Below, in pieces: positions 6,443-15,546 of a stretch of DNA of 36,496 nucleotides. The stretch lies in the NCBI GenBank assembly GCA_039714075.1, contig JBDLKA010000027.1, positions 1 to 36,496 on the forward strand, in the 5' to 3' direction. Position numbers and translations under genes: made by a program. This DNA comes from Candidatus Krumholzibacteriota bacterium (GTDB lineage: Bacteria; Krumholzibacteriota; Krumholzibacteriia; LZORAL124-64-63). Each line of letters begins with the position of its first letter. Within the stretch, counting starts at the first letter, position 1. The notes beneath the pieces were generated by a model that was given only the letters and a program-made list of their open reading frames with translations, searched no databases and was not told the origin of the DNA.

Positions 6443-7984
6443 TCAGCTCCCCTCGTTCGCTTTTTGCGCCATGTCCCGCAGCGCCAGCATTTCCGATACG
6501 GTCACGAACCTGACCCCCTGGGCCTGGAGACGGGGAATCTCACGGGCAAGAACCGCAGCGGTCGCCCGGTGGGGATGCCCGATACCCAGGGCGAAACCGG
6601 CCGACCGCGCCGACTTGACCAGGACCTCGAGATTCGCCTTGATGGTGGCCTGGTTCTCGTTGTCGTAATCGAGGAAGATCCGATTTTTCGCCGTCGGCAA
6701 CCCCTCCTGCCGGGCCTCGGCGAAGGCCACTGATTTGGCGGAGGTCAAACTGTCGATGAACAGCAGGTCCCGGGCACGCAGGGCTTTCATCAGGGCCGTC
6801 ATGGTCGGGCGGTCGCTGGTGGCGGCGCTGCCCATGTGATTGTTCACCCCGGTGATCATCGGCAGGGCGGCCATGGCCTCGTCGATGTGTTTCCCGATGG
6901 CCTCTTCATCCATTCCCACCATGACCGCACGGGGGCCGGGATCCGTCTCGGGATAGCCCTGGGGTTCCATGGGCAGATGGAGCAGTATTTCCCTCCGCCT
7001 GGCGGAAAAGTTGCGCCGGCTGCGTCCGACGCCGACTTCCACGATACAACCCCGCTCCAATCTCAATTTCCGGCCCGACTCCGGCTGGTCCCCGGTCAGG
7101 GAATCGTCCCCGCTCCGGTCCCCCGGCAATACCAGGTCGGTCGCCTTCAGGGCGAAGTGGCGGGAATAGGGCAGATGCGGCAGGACGGCCATGGTGACAG
7201 GCGCCGGCAAAGCCAGAATGGTCCGGGCGGCTTCACTCTTGCTGTAGCCCCAGTCATCGATCAGCAGGGCCACGACGGGGCCTTCCTGCGCCGCGAACCG
7301 GGACCACGCGCCGGTGCCGGCTCCGTTGCCCCACCGCACCGTGGGACTGCCGCCGGCCCGGTGCAGGACCAGGGTATGGGTCGGCCGTCCCGGAACGCCG
7401 ACATCCAGCCGCAGCAGGTCTTTCAACTCGTTGGGCCGGACCTGATCTTCGGGCAGACGGCCGCCGGGCAGAAGGCGTTCCGCCCACAGGACGCGGGCGC
7501 CGCGGGACTCCACGGCGGCAGCCACCTGGACCTGCAGATCCCACCACGCGATATCGTCCGGGACCGCGACCACGCGGCAGCGCACCGCGGCCTCGGGCCC
7601 GAACCGCGGCGCCGGCCAGTCATGGTCGCCCCCCCGGTCCGAGGCCGCTTCGCCGGCCGGGCCCACCGGACCGGGTCGGAAATTGGGCAAAGCCCCGGCC
7701 AGGGCCGACTCCACCGTGGTCTGGACATCGGCATACATCTTGTCCGAACCCAGGGAAAGCAGGGCGGCCTGGCCCGAACCGGACCGGGACCACTTGAGCA
7801 ACCCGATGCCCACCACGACCACCACCACCGCGGCGCCGACCAGCCAGGGCGCCACGCTCCCTGCTGGGGAGGACTTGGACCGGGACCGCCGGCCTGCGGT
7901 CTTGCCGCGGGTCTTGCGCGGGGATTTCCCCCCTGATTTGCGACGGCGGCGGGAATTGGCGAAGGCTCGGCTGAACAGGTTCAA
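6443..7984 (-). CDS. Divergent polysaccharide deacetylase (YibQ/DUF610 family) with N-terminal membrane anchor
   Basis: IDDWG, LLHLPMEP, VNNHMGS, FIDS, IFLD, IGHP motifs; basic N-terminus plus one TM helix. The ORF-track start (8161) crosses a terminator, so TTG at 7984 is proposed (start uncertain). Confidence 0.85.
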   Translation of the reverse strand: MNLFSRAFANSRRRRKSGGKSPRKTRGKTAGRRSRSKSSPAGSVAPWLVGAAVVVVVVGIGLLKWSRSGSGQAALLSLGSDKMYADVQTTVESALAGALPNFRPGPVGPAGEAASDRGGDHDWPAPRFGPEAAVRCRVVAVPDDIAWWDLQVQVAAAVESRGARVLWAERLLPGGRLPEDQVRPNELKDLLRLDVGVPGRPTHTLVLHRAGGSPTVRWGNGAGTGAWSRFAAQEGPVVALLIDDWGYSKSEAARTILALPAPVTMAVLPHLPYSRHFALKATDLVLPGDRSGDDSLTGDQPESGRKLRLERGCIVEVGVGRSRRNFSARRREILLHLPMEPQGYPETDPGPRAVMVGMDEEAIGKHIDEAMAALPMITGVNNHMGSAATSDRPTMTALMKALRARDLLFIDSLTSAKSVAFAEARQEGLPTAKNRIFLDYDNENQATIKANLEVLVKSARSAGFALGIGHPHRATAAVLAREIPRLQAQGVRFVTVSEMLALRDMAQKANEGS

Positions 7985-8064
7985 GGCGGTGCTTTCCGTT
8001 GGCGGGTTCCTGATCCCGGCGTCCCTGCCGGGATGATGATTGAAGGGGACGGAATGGTTCCTGA

Positions 8065-8093
8065 ATACTAGCCGAGAAGGGAATTCATGGCCA
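8065..8093 (-). promoter_or_regulatory. Putative sigma70 promoter for the deacetylase gene
   Basis: TGGCCA-17 bp-TAGTAT on the minus strand, just downstream of the 8114-8145 terminator. Confidence 0.4.
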
Positions 8094-8113
8094 GAGCCGA
8101 CCTGCGCTTCCGC

Positions 8114-8145
8114 AAAAAAAAGGAGGGAGCGGTGAAGCTCCCTCC
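8114..8145 (-). terminator. Rho-independent terminator after the second lipoprotein gene
   Basis: GGAGGGAGC-UUCACC-GCUCCCUCC followed by U8. Confidence 0.9.
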
Positions 8146-8174
8146 CTGTTCCGGAAATCAAATCCAGGCCTGCG

Positions 8175-8789
8175 TCAAGGCAGGTTCGTCAGATCCACCT
8201 GGCCGATCATCTGGTAGTACTGCTTGGTGGTTCCCTGGTGGACGGTATCCTTGCTGGTCACGTAGAACTTGATCGTACCCTCGACCTTGAGGGTGGAGAA
8301 GTTCTGCCCGCGGTCGAACAGGAAGTCCACTTCGAAGGGGGCCCATTCCGCGTTGGGGATGATGTCGTTCTCCGGCGAAACGACCCAGGTATCCAGAGCC
8401 CGGAACGTACTGAACGCGATGCTGCTCACGCCGGGAACAAAATCCCCGTTGGGATCGGTCTGGGCGTCCCCGGAGAACATCCGTTCGTGGATCCTCAATT
8501 CCTCGTTCACGTCGAGGGTGGTCCCCACATCCGGGAATTCCTGGATCGTGGCATCCTGCAGGATGGTCAGGAAATCCGGGTGCATGATCTTGCGGTACTC
8601 GTCGATGTCCCGGGTTTCGTAGATGGTGCGGAAGTTGTTCATCAGCACATCGGGAGAACTGGGAAAAGGCAGCTCGGGGGGCTTGGTGCCGCCACCGCCA
8701 CCGTCATCTTCATCGGGTGAAAAAATGCAACCGGCGGGGGCAATCAGGAGGGCAAAAGCCGCCAGGAGCAGAAAAAACTTCGATTTCAT
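8175..8789 (-). CDS. Hypothetical lipoprotein (paralogue B), probable NTF2/SnoaL-like fold
   Basis: MKSKFFLLLAAFALLIAPAG-CIFSP lipobox; GGAGG RBS before ATG 8789; Gly/Pro linker; similar to 8907-9539. Confidence 0.8.
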   Translation of the reverse strand: MKSKFFLLLAAFALLIAPAGCIFSPDEDDGGGGGTKPPELPFPSSPDVLMNNFRTIYETRDIDEYRKIMHPDFLTILQDATIQEFPDVGTTLDVNEELRIHERMFSGDAQTDPNGDFVPGVSSIAFSTFRALDTWVVSPENDIIPNAEWAPFEVDFLFDRGQNFSTLKVEGTIKFYVTSKDTVHQGTTKQYYQMIGQVDLTNLP

Positions 8790-8884
8790 CACTTTCCTCC
8801 AACAGGCCGGGGCTTCCCCAGAGGTCGCAACCGAATGGTTCGTTGGCACGGAACGGAAGCCCTTTTTTGAGGTATTAGCCAGCT

Positions 8885-8893
8885 ATTTTAACA
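8885..8893 (-). promoter_or_regulatory. Putative extended -10 promoter for lipoprotein B
   Basis: TG-T-TAAAAT in an AT-rich intergenic patch about 100 bp upstream of ATG 8789. Confidence 0.45.
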
Positions 8894-8906
8894 TATCGAA
8901 AGGCAA

Positions 8907-9539
8907 TTAGCTACCAAAAGTTCCGCGCAACACCCCCATCGTGTTGAGAAGCTGGCCTGTATCAGGGTCACTTTCGCCCTGGAGATCCCTCCACTCGTAA
9001 ATATACCACTTATTGGCCTCAAGTCTAAAGATAACGTCGCATTTTCCCCGGTACCGGACTTCCGAGGCATCGCTGTCGTTGATGACCAGCACATCGTAAA
9101 TGATGTCCTCAATTGTCATTTCATTGCCCACGGGGGGCGGAAAGACGAAGCCGGCCTGGACCATCCGGGCAGTGATACTGACCCCGCTGTTGTAGAAATT
9201 GTTGATGAAGGTGACTTCCCGGGAGCGGTCCCATCCGTCGAAAATTCCGGGGAACTGGTTGGCGGCCTCGTCATCGGGAACGTACCTGAACTCGTCCAGG
9301 CTGATATTGTCCTCCCAACCGGGAGAATGAATGGCCTCCAGGGACTTCTCCAGGTTGGCCCAGACGTTGGCCGGTTTGCTCTGGGGAAGGTAGTCGATCT
9401 GCACCCCGGCGCCCGGCGGCTCCGGTTCCCGGGGCGAGAACAGGCATCCGGACAACAGGACCGCGCCCACCCCCAACAGCATCGCGAAGCTGAGTTTCCC
9501 GCCCGCGATCATCATTTTACCTGTCGGGAACGGCCTCAA
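8907..9539 (-). CDS. Hypothetical lipoprotein (paralogue A), probable NTF2/SnoaL-like fold
   Basis: Lipobox LLSG-CLFSPREPEPP; C-terminal KWYIYEWRD strand; start is TTG 9539 or ATG 9515. Confidence 0.78.
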   Translation of the reverse strand: MRPFPTGKMMIAGGKLSFAMLLGVGAVLLSGCLFSPREPEPPGAGVQIDYLPQSKPANVWANLEKSLEAIHSPGWEDNISLDEFRYVPDDEAANQFPGIFDGWDRSREVTFINNFYNSGVSITARMVQAGFVFPPPVGNEMTIEDIIYDVLVINDSDASEVRYRGKCDVIFRLEANKWYIYEWRDLQGESDPDTGQLLNTMGVLRGTFGS

Positions 9540-9540
9540 C

Positions 9541-11649
9541 TCAAAACCCCCATTTCAGCCACACGTCGGCTTCCCAATAATCGGAACTGGTCTCGGTCAC
9601 ACTGGGTCCGAAGGCATTATACTTCCTGACCATGGCGGAAAGTTCCAGGGGATTTGTATTGCCCAGCTTCCGGAGCACCTTGGCGCCCACCCACAGTTCC
9701 CCGGAATAGGTGCGCGTGGTCTTGCTCGAAGTCCCCAGGGTCTCCCGGTCGTCCCGGGTCCGGTAGGTGGACGCCTCGAGCGTGACGCCCGGAGCGGCGA
9801 TGAACCTCAGGTCCATTTCGATCCTGTTGATGGACTGATTGAGATCCCGACTGTAGAAAGAGCTCCCGGAAGCCTCGGTGGCCGTCTTGGTCGCGGCGAA
9901 CCGCTTGTTGTAGTCGTGGCGCAGGGTGATTTTCAGACGGCTGGTGGGATCGACAACGACCCTGGTGGCCAGGTTGCCCCGCTTGCTGTAGTCATCCTTC
10001 CGCGAGCCCGAGAAGGAATAGTTGGTGTACTGGATGTAGACCCGGTAGCTCTGATCCAGGTTCAACCAGGGGGAAATGGTCCAGTCATACCCTGGTGACA
10101 CCTCGTAGGAATCCTTCACGTTGTTGTTGGAGGACCGGGATTCCCGGATATTGAAATCCTGCACCTGCTGGTAGGCGAACACCATGTCGGCCCTGAATTT
10201 CTGCGCCCAGGTCCTTTCCAGGCTGGCGCTGAAATCGGATTGGTGGCGGTCCTTGTCGTTTTCGTTGTGCTGGTTCTCGGCGATGTCCTGACTCAGCCCC
10301 TCGTGGTACCTGAGATTGAGCCTCGTTCGCCGGAACAGGTCGCGGAAATAGTTGAATTCGTAGTCCCGCGCCTTGTTGTACTGGCGCCCCCGGTTTTCGG
10401 TGGCGGCCTTGTAGCGCTGGTCGTCCCACTTCAAGAGGTAGTCGTAACCGATGGCGATGGAATCCCGACCCGAGGCATAGGTCAGGGTAAGGTCCATCAC
10501 GTCATGTTCCTTCTGCCGCAGCCCCACGCCGCTCTGGGAGTAGTCCAGGTCGTCGGTCAGACGGGTCAGCTTGGTATCGAACCCGAAGGCCCCGAAACTG
10601 AAGTTGTTGATCATCTCGTAGGAGATGGCGTCCACGGTCTCGAGTTCGGTGACTACCTTCTGGTCCTCGTCCACCCCCACGGTGTCGATCAGGCCGTTGC
10701 TGTTCTTCTTGAAGTCGAGGTATTTCTTCTCGAAATTGCTGCGCGTGACCACCACCCGGCCCAGGACGAAGTCCTTGTTGTAATAGACCCCGAAACCCAG
10801 GGAGTCCCCGTTGGCCGAGGAGGGGCTGGTCGTGGCGCCCAGGGCCCGGTCTCCGGCCGTGGCCGTGCCGTAGATCCGGCCCGCGATACTGATCCCCTTG
10901 GTGATATCCAGGCCGGACTGGAACCCGGCGTCCATCTTGCCTTCCTGAAGATCGTTCCGCTGGTTCTGGTTGACGCTGGCCTGATCCATGAACCCGGCGG
11001 ACACCTTGGCGGAATTGGTCAGGAAACCGGTCTTGAACTTGAGTTTGTTGGCGCTCATGCCGACGCGCTTCTGGTCGCGTTTGGACAGATTGGCGTAACC
11101 GGCGGTGTTGACGGTGTTGTCCTCGCTCCAGTTCCAGGAGCCGTCCAGATTCACTTTCACCGGCAGGTTGTCACCCAGACCGTAGGTGAATTTATTGTCG
11201 CGTTTCTCCACGGTCTTGTCCTGCTTGCGGTACTCCTCCCAGGACCAGTTGAACTTGTTGGTGAAAAGGGAATTTTTCCGGAAGGTCAGGGTGGTGATCA
11301 GTTCCCCGTAATAGGTGTATTGCCGGACATTGGCCAGGGCCCCCACCTTGGGCACGTTCTGGACTCCCTGGAAAAAGGGACCGGCCTCCCTGGTCGAATC
11401 CGGTTGTTGTTGAATGCCCTGCTCGGATAATTCCGCCAAGGCCTGGATCCGTTCCAGAGGGGACATATTCGAAAGATCGAGTCCTGACACACCGGAAACC
11501 GCGGTGGTGTCGCTACCGGCGGCCGACGTATCGGCGGGTGCTTCGGCCCCGGATGTTTCCGATTCCTGGGCGCCCGCGGACATAGCCCCTCCCACTGTCG
11601 GGGCCAGAACCAGAAGCAGGAGCAGGAGCATGCCTCGCCCTGAAATCAA
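9541..11649 (-). CDS. Putative outer-membrane beta-barrel protein of unknown family
   Basis: Signal peptide, low-complexity S/T/A linker, about 600 aa of amphipathic beta-strand-like sequence rich in Y/N/D/S, C-terminal WEADVWLKWGF beta-signal with terminal Phe; start may be ATG 11631. Confidence 0.75.
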   Translation of the reverse strand: MISGRGMLLLLLLVLAPTVGGAMSAGAQESETSGAEAPADTSAAGSDTTAVSGVSGLDLSNMSPLERIQALAELSEQGIQQQPDSTREAGPFFQGVQNVPKVGALANVRQYTYYGELITTLTFRKNSLFTNKFNWSWEEYRKQDKTVEKRDNKFTYGLGDNLPVKVNLDGSWNWSEDNTVNTAGYANLSKRDQKRVGMSANKLKFKTGFLTNSAKVSAGFMDQASVNQNQRNDLQEGKMDAGFQSGLDITKGISIAGRIYGTATAGDRALGATTSPSSANGDSLGFGVYYNKDFVLGRVVVTRSNFEKKYLDFKKNSNGLIDTVGVDEDQKVVTELETVDAISYEMINNFSFGAFGFDTKLTRLTDDLDYSQSGVGLRQKEHDVMDLTLTYASGRDSIAIGYDYLLKWDDQRYKAATENRGRQYNKARDYEFNYFRDLFRRTRLNLRYHEGLSQDIAENQHNENDKDRHQSDFSASLERTWAQKFRADMVFAYQQVQDFNIRESRSSNNNVKDSYEVSPGYDWTISPWLNLDQSYRVYIQYTNYSFSGSRKDDYSKRGNLATRVVVDPTSRLKITLRHDYNKRFAATKTATEASGSSFYSRDLNQSINRIEMDLRFIAAPGVTLEASTYRTRDDRETLGTSSKTTRTYSGELWVGAKVLRKLGNTNPLELSAMVRKYNAFGPSVTETSSDYWEADVWLKWGF

Positions 11650-12482
11650 CCGTCGTCCTTTCGGATCAATGCCCCGGCCAGATGCCGGAATCCCTCCGGA
11701 TCGATCTGTTCGGGCCGACTGTCCGGATCAACACCGACCCGGGCCGCAAGCTCTTCCACCGCCTCGGGGGACAGTGAATAATGCCCCCGCAGTTGCGTCC
11801 GCAATTTTTTCCGCCTCTGGCCGAAAAGGGTTTTTACCACCTGGGTGAAGTTCTCGAATTCACTTCGGGACCACGACCCGCGGGGAATGAGCCGGATGAT
11901 GGCCGACTCCACTTCAGGTTTGGGCCAGAAGACCGAGGCCGGCACGGCGCGCATGACCTTGACCTCGAACACCGAACCGAGGACCACGGCCAGGATGCCG
12001 TAATCCCGGCCGCCCGGCGAGGCCGCCAGCCGCTCGGCCACCTCTTTCTGAACCATGAATACGGCGCCGCTGATGCTCTCACGAAGATCGGCCAGCGCAA
12101 ACAGGACCTTACTCGTCAAAACGTAGGGCAGATTACCCGCCACCACGGGACGTGCCCCTGCTTCGGCCAGGGCCCCGGCCCAATCCAGCTTGGCCAGATC
12201 ACCTTCGATGAGCCGGAACTCCTCGCGGGCCCCGAATTCCGACCGCAGCAATTCGCAAAGGTTGCGGTCCACCTCGACGCAGGCAACCCGGGCCGCGGCG
12301 GCCAGCAGATGGACGGTCAAGGCTCCGCCCCCGGCCCCCAGTTCCAGAACGTTGTCGCCGATGGCCAGGGTATCGGCGGCGATGGCCCGGGCCAGGTTCC
12401 CGTCCACGAGAAAATTCTGCCCCCGCCGTTTGACCGGACGAATGCCGTATTTGCGCAGAATGGCGTGTTGGCTTTCGCTCAA
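11646..12482 (-). CDS. rsmA: 16S rRNA m6,2A1518/1519 dimethyltransferase RsmA (KsgA)
   Basis: GQNFL, LELGAGGGALT, EVD, GNLPY, MVQKEVAER, FWPKPEVES motifs. Confidence 0.97.
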   Translation of the reverse strand: MSESQHAILRKYGIRPVKRRGQNFLVDGNLARAIAADTLAIGDNVLELGAGGGALTVHLLAAAARVACVEVDRNLCELLRSEFGAREEFRLIEGDLAKLDWAGALAEAGARPVVAGNLPYVLTSKVLFALADLRESISGAVFMVQKEVAERLAASPGGRDYGILAVVLGSVFEVKVMRAVPASVFWPKPEVESAIIRLIPRGSWSRSEFENFTQVVKTLFGQRRKKLRTQLRGHYSLSPEAVEELAARVGVDPDSRPEQIDPEGFRHLAGALIRKDDG

Positions 12483-12519
12483 GGAATTCTCCGTACCGGC
12501 CTGAGTGCGGGCCCGGCGC

Positions 12520-13320
12520 TCATGGCGCCTCCGGCCCTCCGAACAACCGGAAAAACGATTCCGTCGTTGTGCGGTCGACTTCGCCCGGATCCAGACCCAG
12601 GGTTTCCGCCACCTTTTCCAGGGTATGAATCAGATAAGCAGGTTCGTTCCTTTGGCCCCGATGGGGCACCGGCGGCAACCAGGGTGCGTCGGTCTCCAGC
12701 AGGATCATGTCCACCCCGGCCCGGGCCACCAGATCGGATAACTTGCTGTTTTTATATGTCACCGGACCGCCGATGCCCAGCAAAAATCCCCGGTCCCGTG
12801 CCCAGTCGACCGCGGCGGCATCTCCGCTGAACGAATGGAGAACACCGCCGCGTCGGGGAACACCGCAATGATCGATCTGTTCCAGGGTTTCGCTCCAGGC
12901 GTCGCGCACATGCAGGACGACGGGCAATTCCAGACGGTCGGCCAGGGCCAGTTGCGCGGACAGGGCGGCCTTCTGCGCGGGCCGGGGCGAAAGGTCCCGG
13001 TAGTAGTCCAGGCCGATCTCGCCGATGGCGACCACCCGGTCCGAAGCCGCCAGTTCCTCCAGGGTCCGCAGGGCGCGGTTCCCTTCGTCGGTAACTAGGC
13101 CCTGTTCGTCCGCCAGCAGCAGCGCGTCGTGGGGATGGATTCCGACAGTCGCCAGGATGTCGGGGTTGGCCTCGGCCAAAGCAATGGATTCCCGGCTGGT
13201 TTCCAGGTCATAGCCGACGTTGAGGAATCCCGAGACGCCACCAGCCCGGGCCCTGGTCAGGACGTCGGCGGCCTCGGCGGCGAACTCGCGGCGGTTCAGA
13301 TGGACGTGACTGTCGATCAA
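12520..13320 (-). CDS. tatD: TatD family hydrolase/DNase
   Basis: DSHVH, GIHPHD, GEIGLDYY, LHVRD, LHSFSG, LETDAPW, RGQRNEP motifs. Confidence 0.95.
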   Translation of the reverse strand: MIDSHVHLNRREFAAEAADVLTRARAGGVSGFLNVGYDLETSRESIALAEANPDILATVGIHPHDALLLADEQGLVTDEGNRALRTLEELAASDRVVAIGEIGLDYYRDLSPRPAQKAALSAQLALADRLELPVVLHVRDAWSETLEQIDHCGVPRRGGVLHSFSGDAAAVDWARDRGFLLGIGGPVTYKNSKLSDLVARAGVDMILLETDAPWLPPVPHRGQRNEPAYLIHTLEKVAETLGLDPGEVDRTTTESFFRLFGGPEAP

Positions 13321-14324
13321 TTGCCCTTCCCCCCGCGGGGGCCGTTCCCGCAGCCGCCGTCACGGCAACCCTGGTCGCCTTTGCCGCGCCGCCGGGGCCG
13401 GGGCCGGGGCGAGGGAAGGTCGCGGGACTCTTCCCACCACAAACGATTGGCCGGCCATTCCCTCAACCCTTCCCCTCCGGGAACCGCAACACTCACGGAC
13501 TCCTGCAACAGATTCAATTTGCGGACAGTCCCTGACCCTTCGGGAGTTTCCACCGCGGACCCCACGCGCGGCAGGCTCTGGCGGACCTGGCGGTAGACTT
13601 CGTTTTCGTAGGTCAAACAGCAGCGCAGCCGCCCGCACGGACCGGACAGCTTGCCCGGATTCAGGGGCAGCGCCTGGACTTTGGCCATCTTCAGGGTCAC
13701 CGGGACGAATTCATGCAGGAAGGTCGAACAGCAGAACTCCCGCCCGCAGACACCGATCCCGCCCTTGAGGCGCGCCTCGTCCCGGACGCCGATCTGGCGC
13801 AATTCGATCCGCGTCCGGAAGATGCCGGCCAGATCCCGCACCAATTCCCGGAAGTCGACCCGTTTTTCCGCCGTGAAGTAGAAGGTGATTTTCTTGTGGT
13901 CGAATTGCCGTTCGACGGTGACCAGGTTCATCTTGAGTTTGCGCGCCTGGATTTTTTCCTGGCAGATGTCCCAGAATTCCCACTCGTCACCGCGGTTGTC
14001 GTGCAGGCGGGCCAGGTCCTGGGCTCCGGCCAACTGGACGACCCCCTGTTTGCGGGCCATCTGCCACCACTCGGCCTTGCCCGGGCCGATGTAGTTGATC
14101 CGCCCCATGTCACGGCCCCGGTCGGCCTCGACCAGGCAATACTGGCCGACGGCCAACTTCAACCGGCGGTGGTTGTGGTAAAAGCCCTTGCGGTGGCCCT
14201 TGAACTGGACCAGAACCAGTTCCTGGTCGCCGGGAACTTCCGCGGCCTTCCCCCGGCGGGATCGGCCTCGGCGCCGGTCGCCTTCAGGATCGGACCGACC
14301 CGGAGGACTTGTCTCGTTCGGCAT
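13317..14324 (-). CDS. ricT: PSP1-domain protein RicT/YaaT (Fe-S regulatory protein)
   Basis: FYFTAEKRVDFRELV, RIELRQIGVRDEA, GVCGREFCC, KLSGPCGRLRCCLTYE; in the usual holB-ricT position. Confidence 0.93.
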   Translation of the reverse strand: MPNETSPPGRSDPEGDRRRGRSRRGKAAEVPGDQELVLVQFKGHRKGFYHNHRRLKLAVGQYCLVEADRGRDMGRINYIGPGKAEWWQMARKQGVVQLAGAQDLARLHDNRGDEWEFWDICQEKIQARKLKMNLVTVERQFDHKKITFYFTAEKRVDFRELVRDLAGIFRTRIELRQIGVRDEARLKGGIGVCGREFCCSTFLHEFVPVTLKMAKVQALPLNPGKLSGPCGRLRCCLTYENEVYRQVRQSLPRVGSAVETPEGSGTVRKLNLLQESVSVAVPGGEGLREWPANRLWWEESRDLPSPRPRPRRRGKGDQGCRDGGCGNGPRGGKGN

Positions 14325-15480
14325 GATCTATCAGCCCTTCGAACAAAACGGCCATGGCAAGACCGATGTTGATGTTCCTGTCGATTTCCCGGCGCGAGTC
14401 CTCGATATGTTTCATGTCCTCGAGCAGGGACCGGGTGTGGCGGACCTCCGCCGCCCTGGCCGTCATGGCGGCGGCGGCGGGCAGGCGGGCCCTTCTTCCG
14501 TCGCCGAGTTCACGCGACAGCACCGCGTCACTGTAATGGAGATTGAGCAATTCGCATAGCCGGATGGCGCGGTCCCGGCGGGGCGGCCCGCTGTCGGCCA
14601 TCAATTTTTTGGCGCCGATATCCTCGGGCACGCACATGTGGCCCATGGCCCCGCGGTGGAGTTCGTCGGCGGCGATCGCCGCCAGGGCGCGGTCGCCCCG
14701 GTGGATCCCCTCGAACAGGCAGCCGGCCCAGTCCAGCAGGATGCCCGCTTCGGTCCCGAGCAGGGAAAGACCCCGGCGGGCGTTGCCCTCGGCGGTGCGG
14801 GCGGCGGCGCGGGCCCGCTGGTCGTCGACCCCGCCGATTTCCGCCAGCATTCCCGCCAGTTCATCCTCGGCCCAGGGTTCGAAACGGATCTTCTGGCACC
14901 GGGACAGGATGGTGGGCAGCATGCCCTCGGCCCCGCTGGTCAACAGGAAGATGACCGTGGCCGGCGGGGGCTCCTCTAGGGTCTTGAGAAACGCGTTGGC
15001 GGCCGCGGGATTCATGCGGTGGCCGTCGGCGATGACCGCCACCTTGAAGGGACTCTGAAAGGCCCGGCGTCTCAGGAAGTGGATCAGCGACCGGATGGTC
15101 ATGGGTTCGGGTTTTTCCGGATCGCCGATCCGGACCTGCGCGGTGGCCGCGGCAGGATCCTGGTGAAAGGGGTTGGCGATCTTCTTTTCCAGCAGGTCGC
15201 GGACCCCGGCGTCGTCCAGCGAGGCGGGCGCCGGTCCGATCCAGCGGATATCCGGATGCTGGAAGCCGAGAGCCTTGACGCAGCTTTCGCACAGATGTTC
15301 GGGACCGCAGGAATCAGGCGAGGAACAGTTCAGCAGACGGGCGAATTCGAGGGCGGTGTTTTCCTTGCCCGACCCTTCCGGGCCGATAAAAAGGAAAGGC
15401 TGGCCGAGTTTTCCGGCCGCGCGCACCTTTTGCAGTTTATCGAGAACGGCCGTCCGGCCGAGGAAATGGCTCCTGCCCAA
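14284..15480 (-). CDS. holB: DNA polymerase III delta' subunit
   Basis: GPEGSGK P-loop, zinc Cys cluster (LNC...C...CESC), HPD, AANAFLKTLEEPP, TILSRC. Confidence 0.92.
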   Translation of the reverse strand: MGRSHFLGRTAVLDKLQKVRAAGKLGQPFLFIGPEGSGKENTALEFARLLNCSSPDSCGPEHLCESCVKALGFQHPDIRWIGPAPASLDDAGVRDLLEKKIANPFHQDPAAATAQVRIGDPEKPEPMTIRSLIHFLRRRAFQSPFKVAVIADGHRMNPAAANAFLKTLEEPPPATVIFLLTSGAEGMLPTILSRCQKIRFEPWAEDELAGMLAEIGGVDDQRARAAARTAEGNARRGLSLLGTEAGILLDWAGCLFEGIHRGDRALAAIAADELHRGAMGHMCVPEDIGAKKLMADSGPPRRDRAIRLCELLNLHYSDAVLSRELGDGRRARLPAAAAMTARAAEVRHTRSLLEDMKHIEDSRREIDRNINIGLAMAVLFEGLIDHAERDKSSGSVRS

Positions 15481-15546
15481 GGCGATGCTCCCATCCCGGT
15501 TGATCTGCCCAGCCCGGGCCGGTCATCGGGACCGTTCCGGGGCCTC

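Noticed and set aside
7985..8161. Extended N-termini given by the ORF track (deacetylase 8161; also moxR 31929, PP2C 31716, secF 3282, lipoprotein B 8849)
   Set aside because: The extensions cross terminators, promoters or the divergent intergenic region, while downstream starts have better RBS and family-consistent N-termini.
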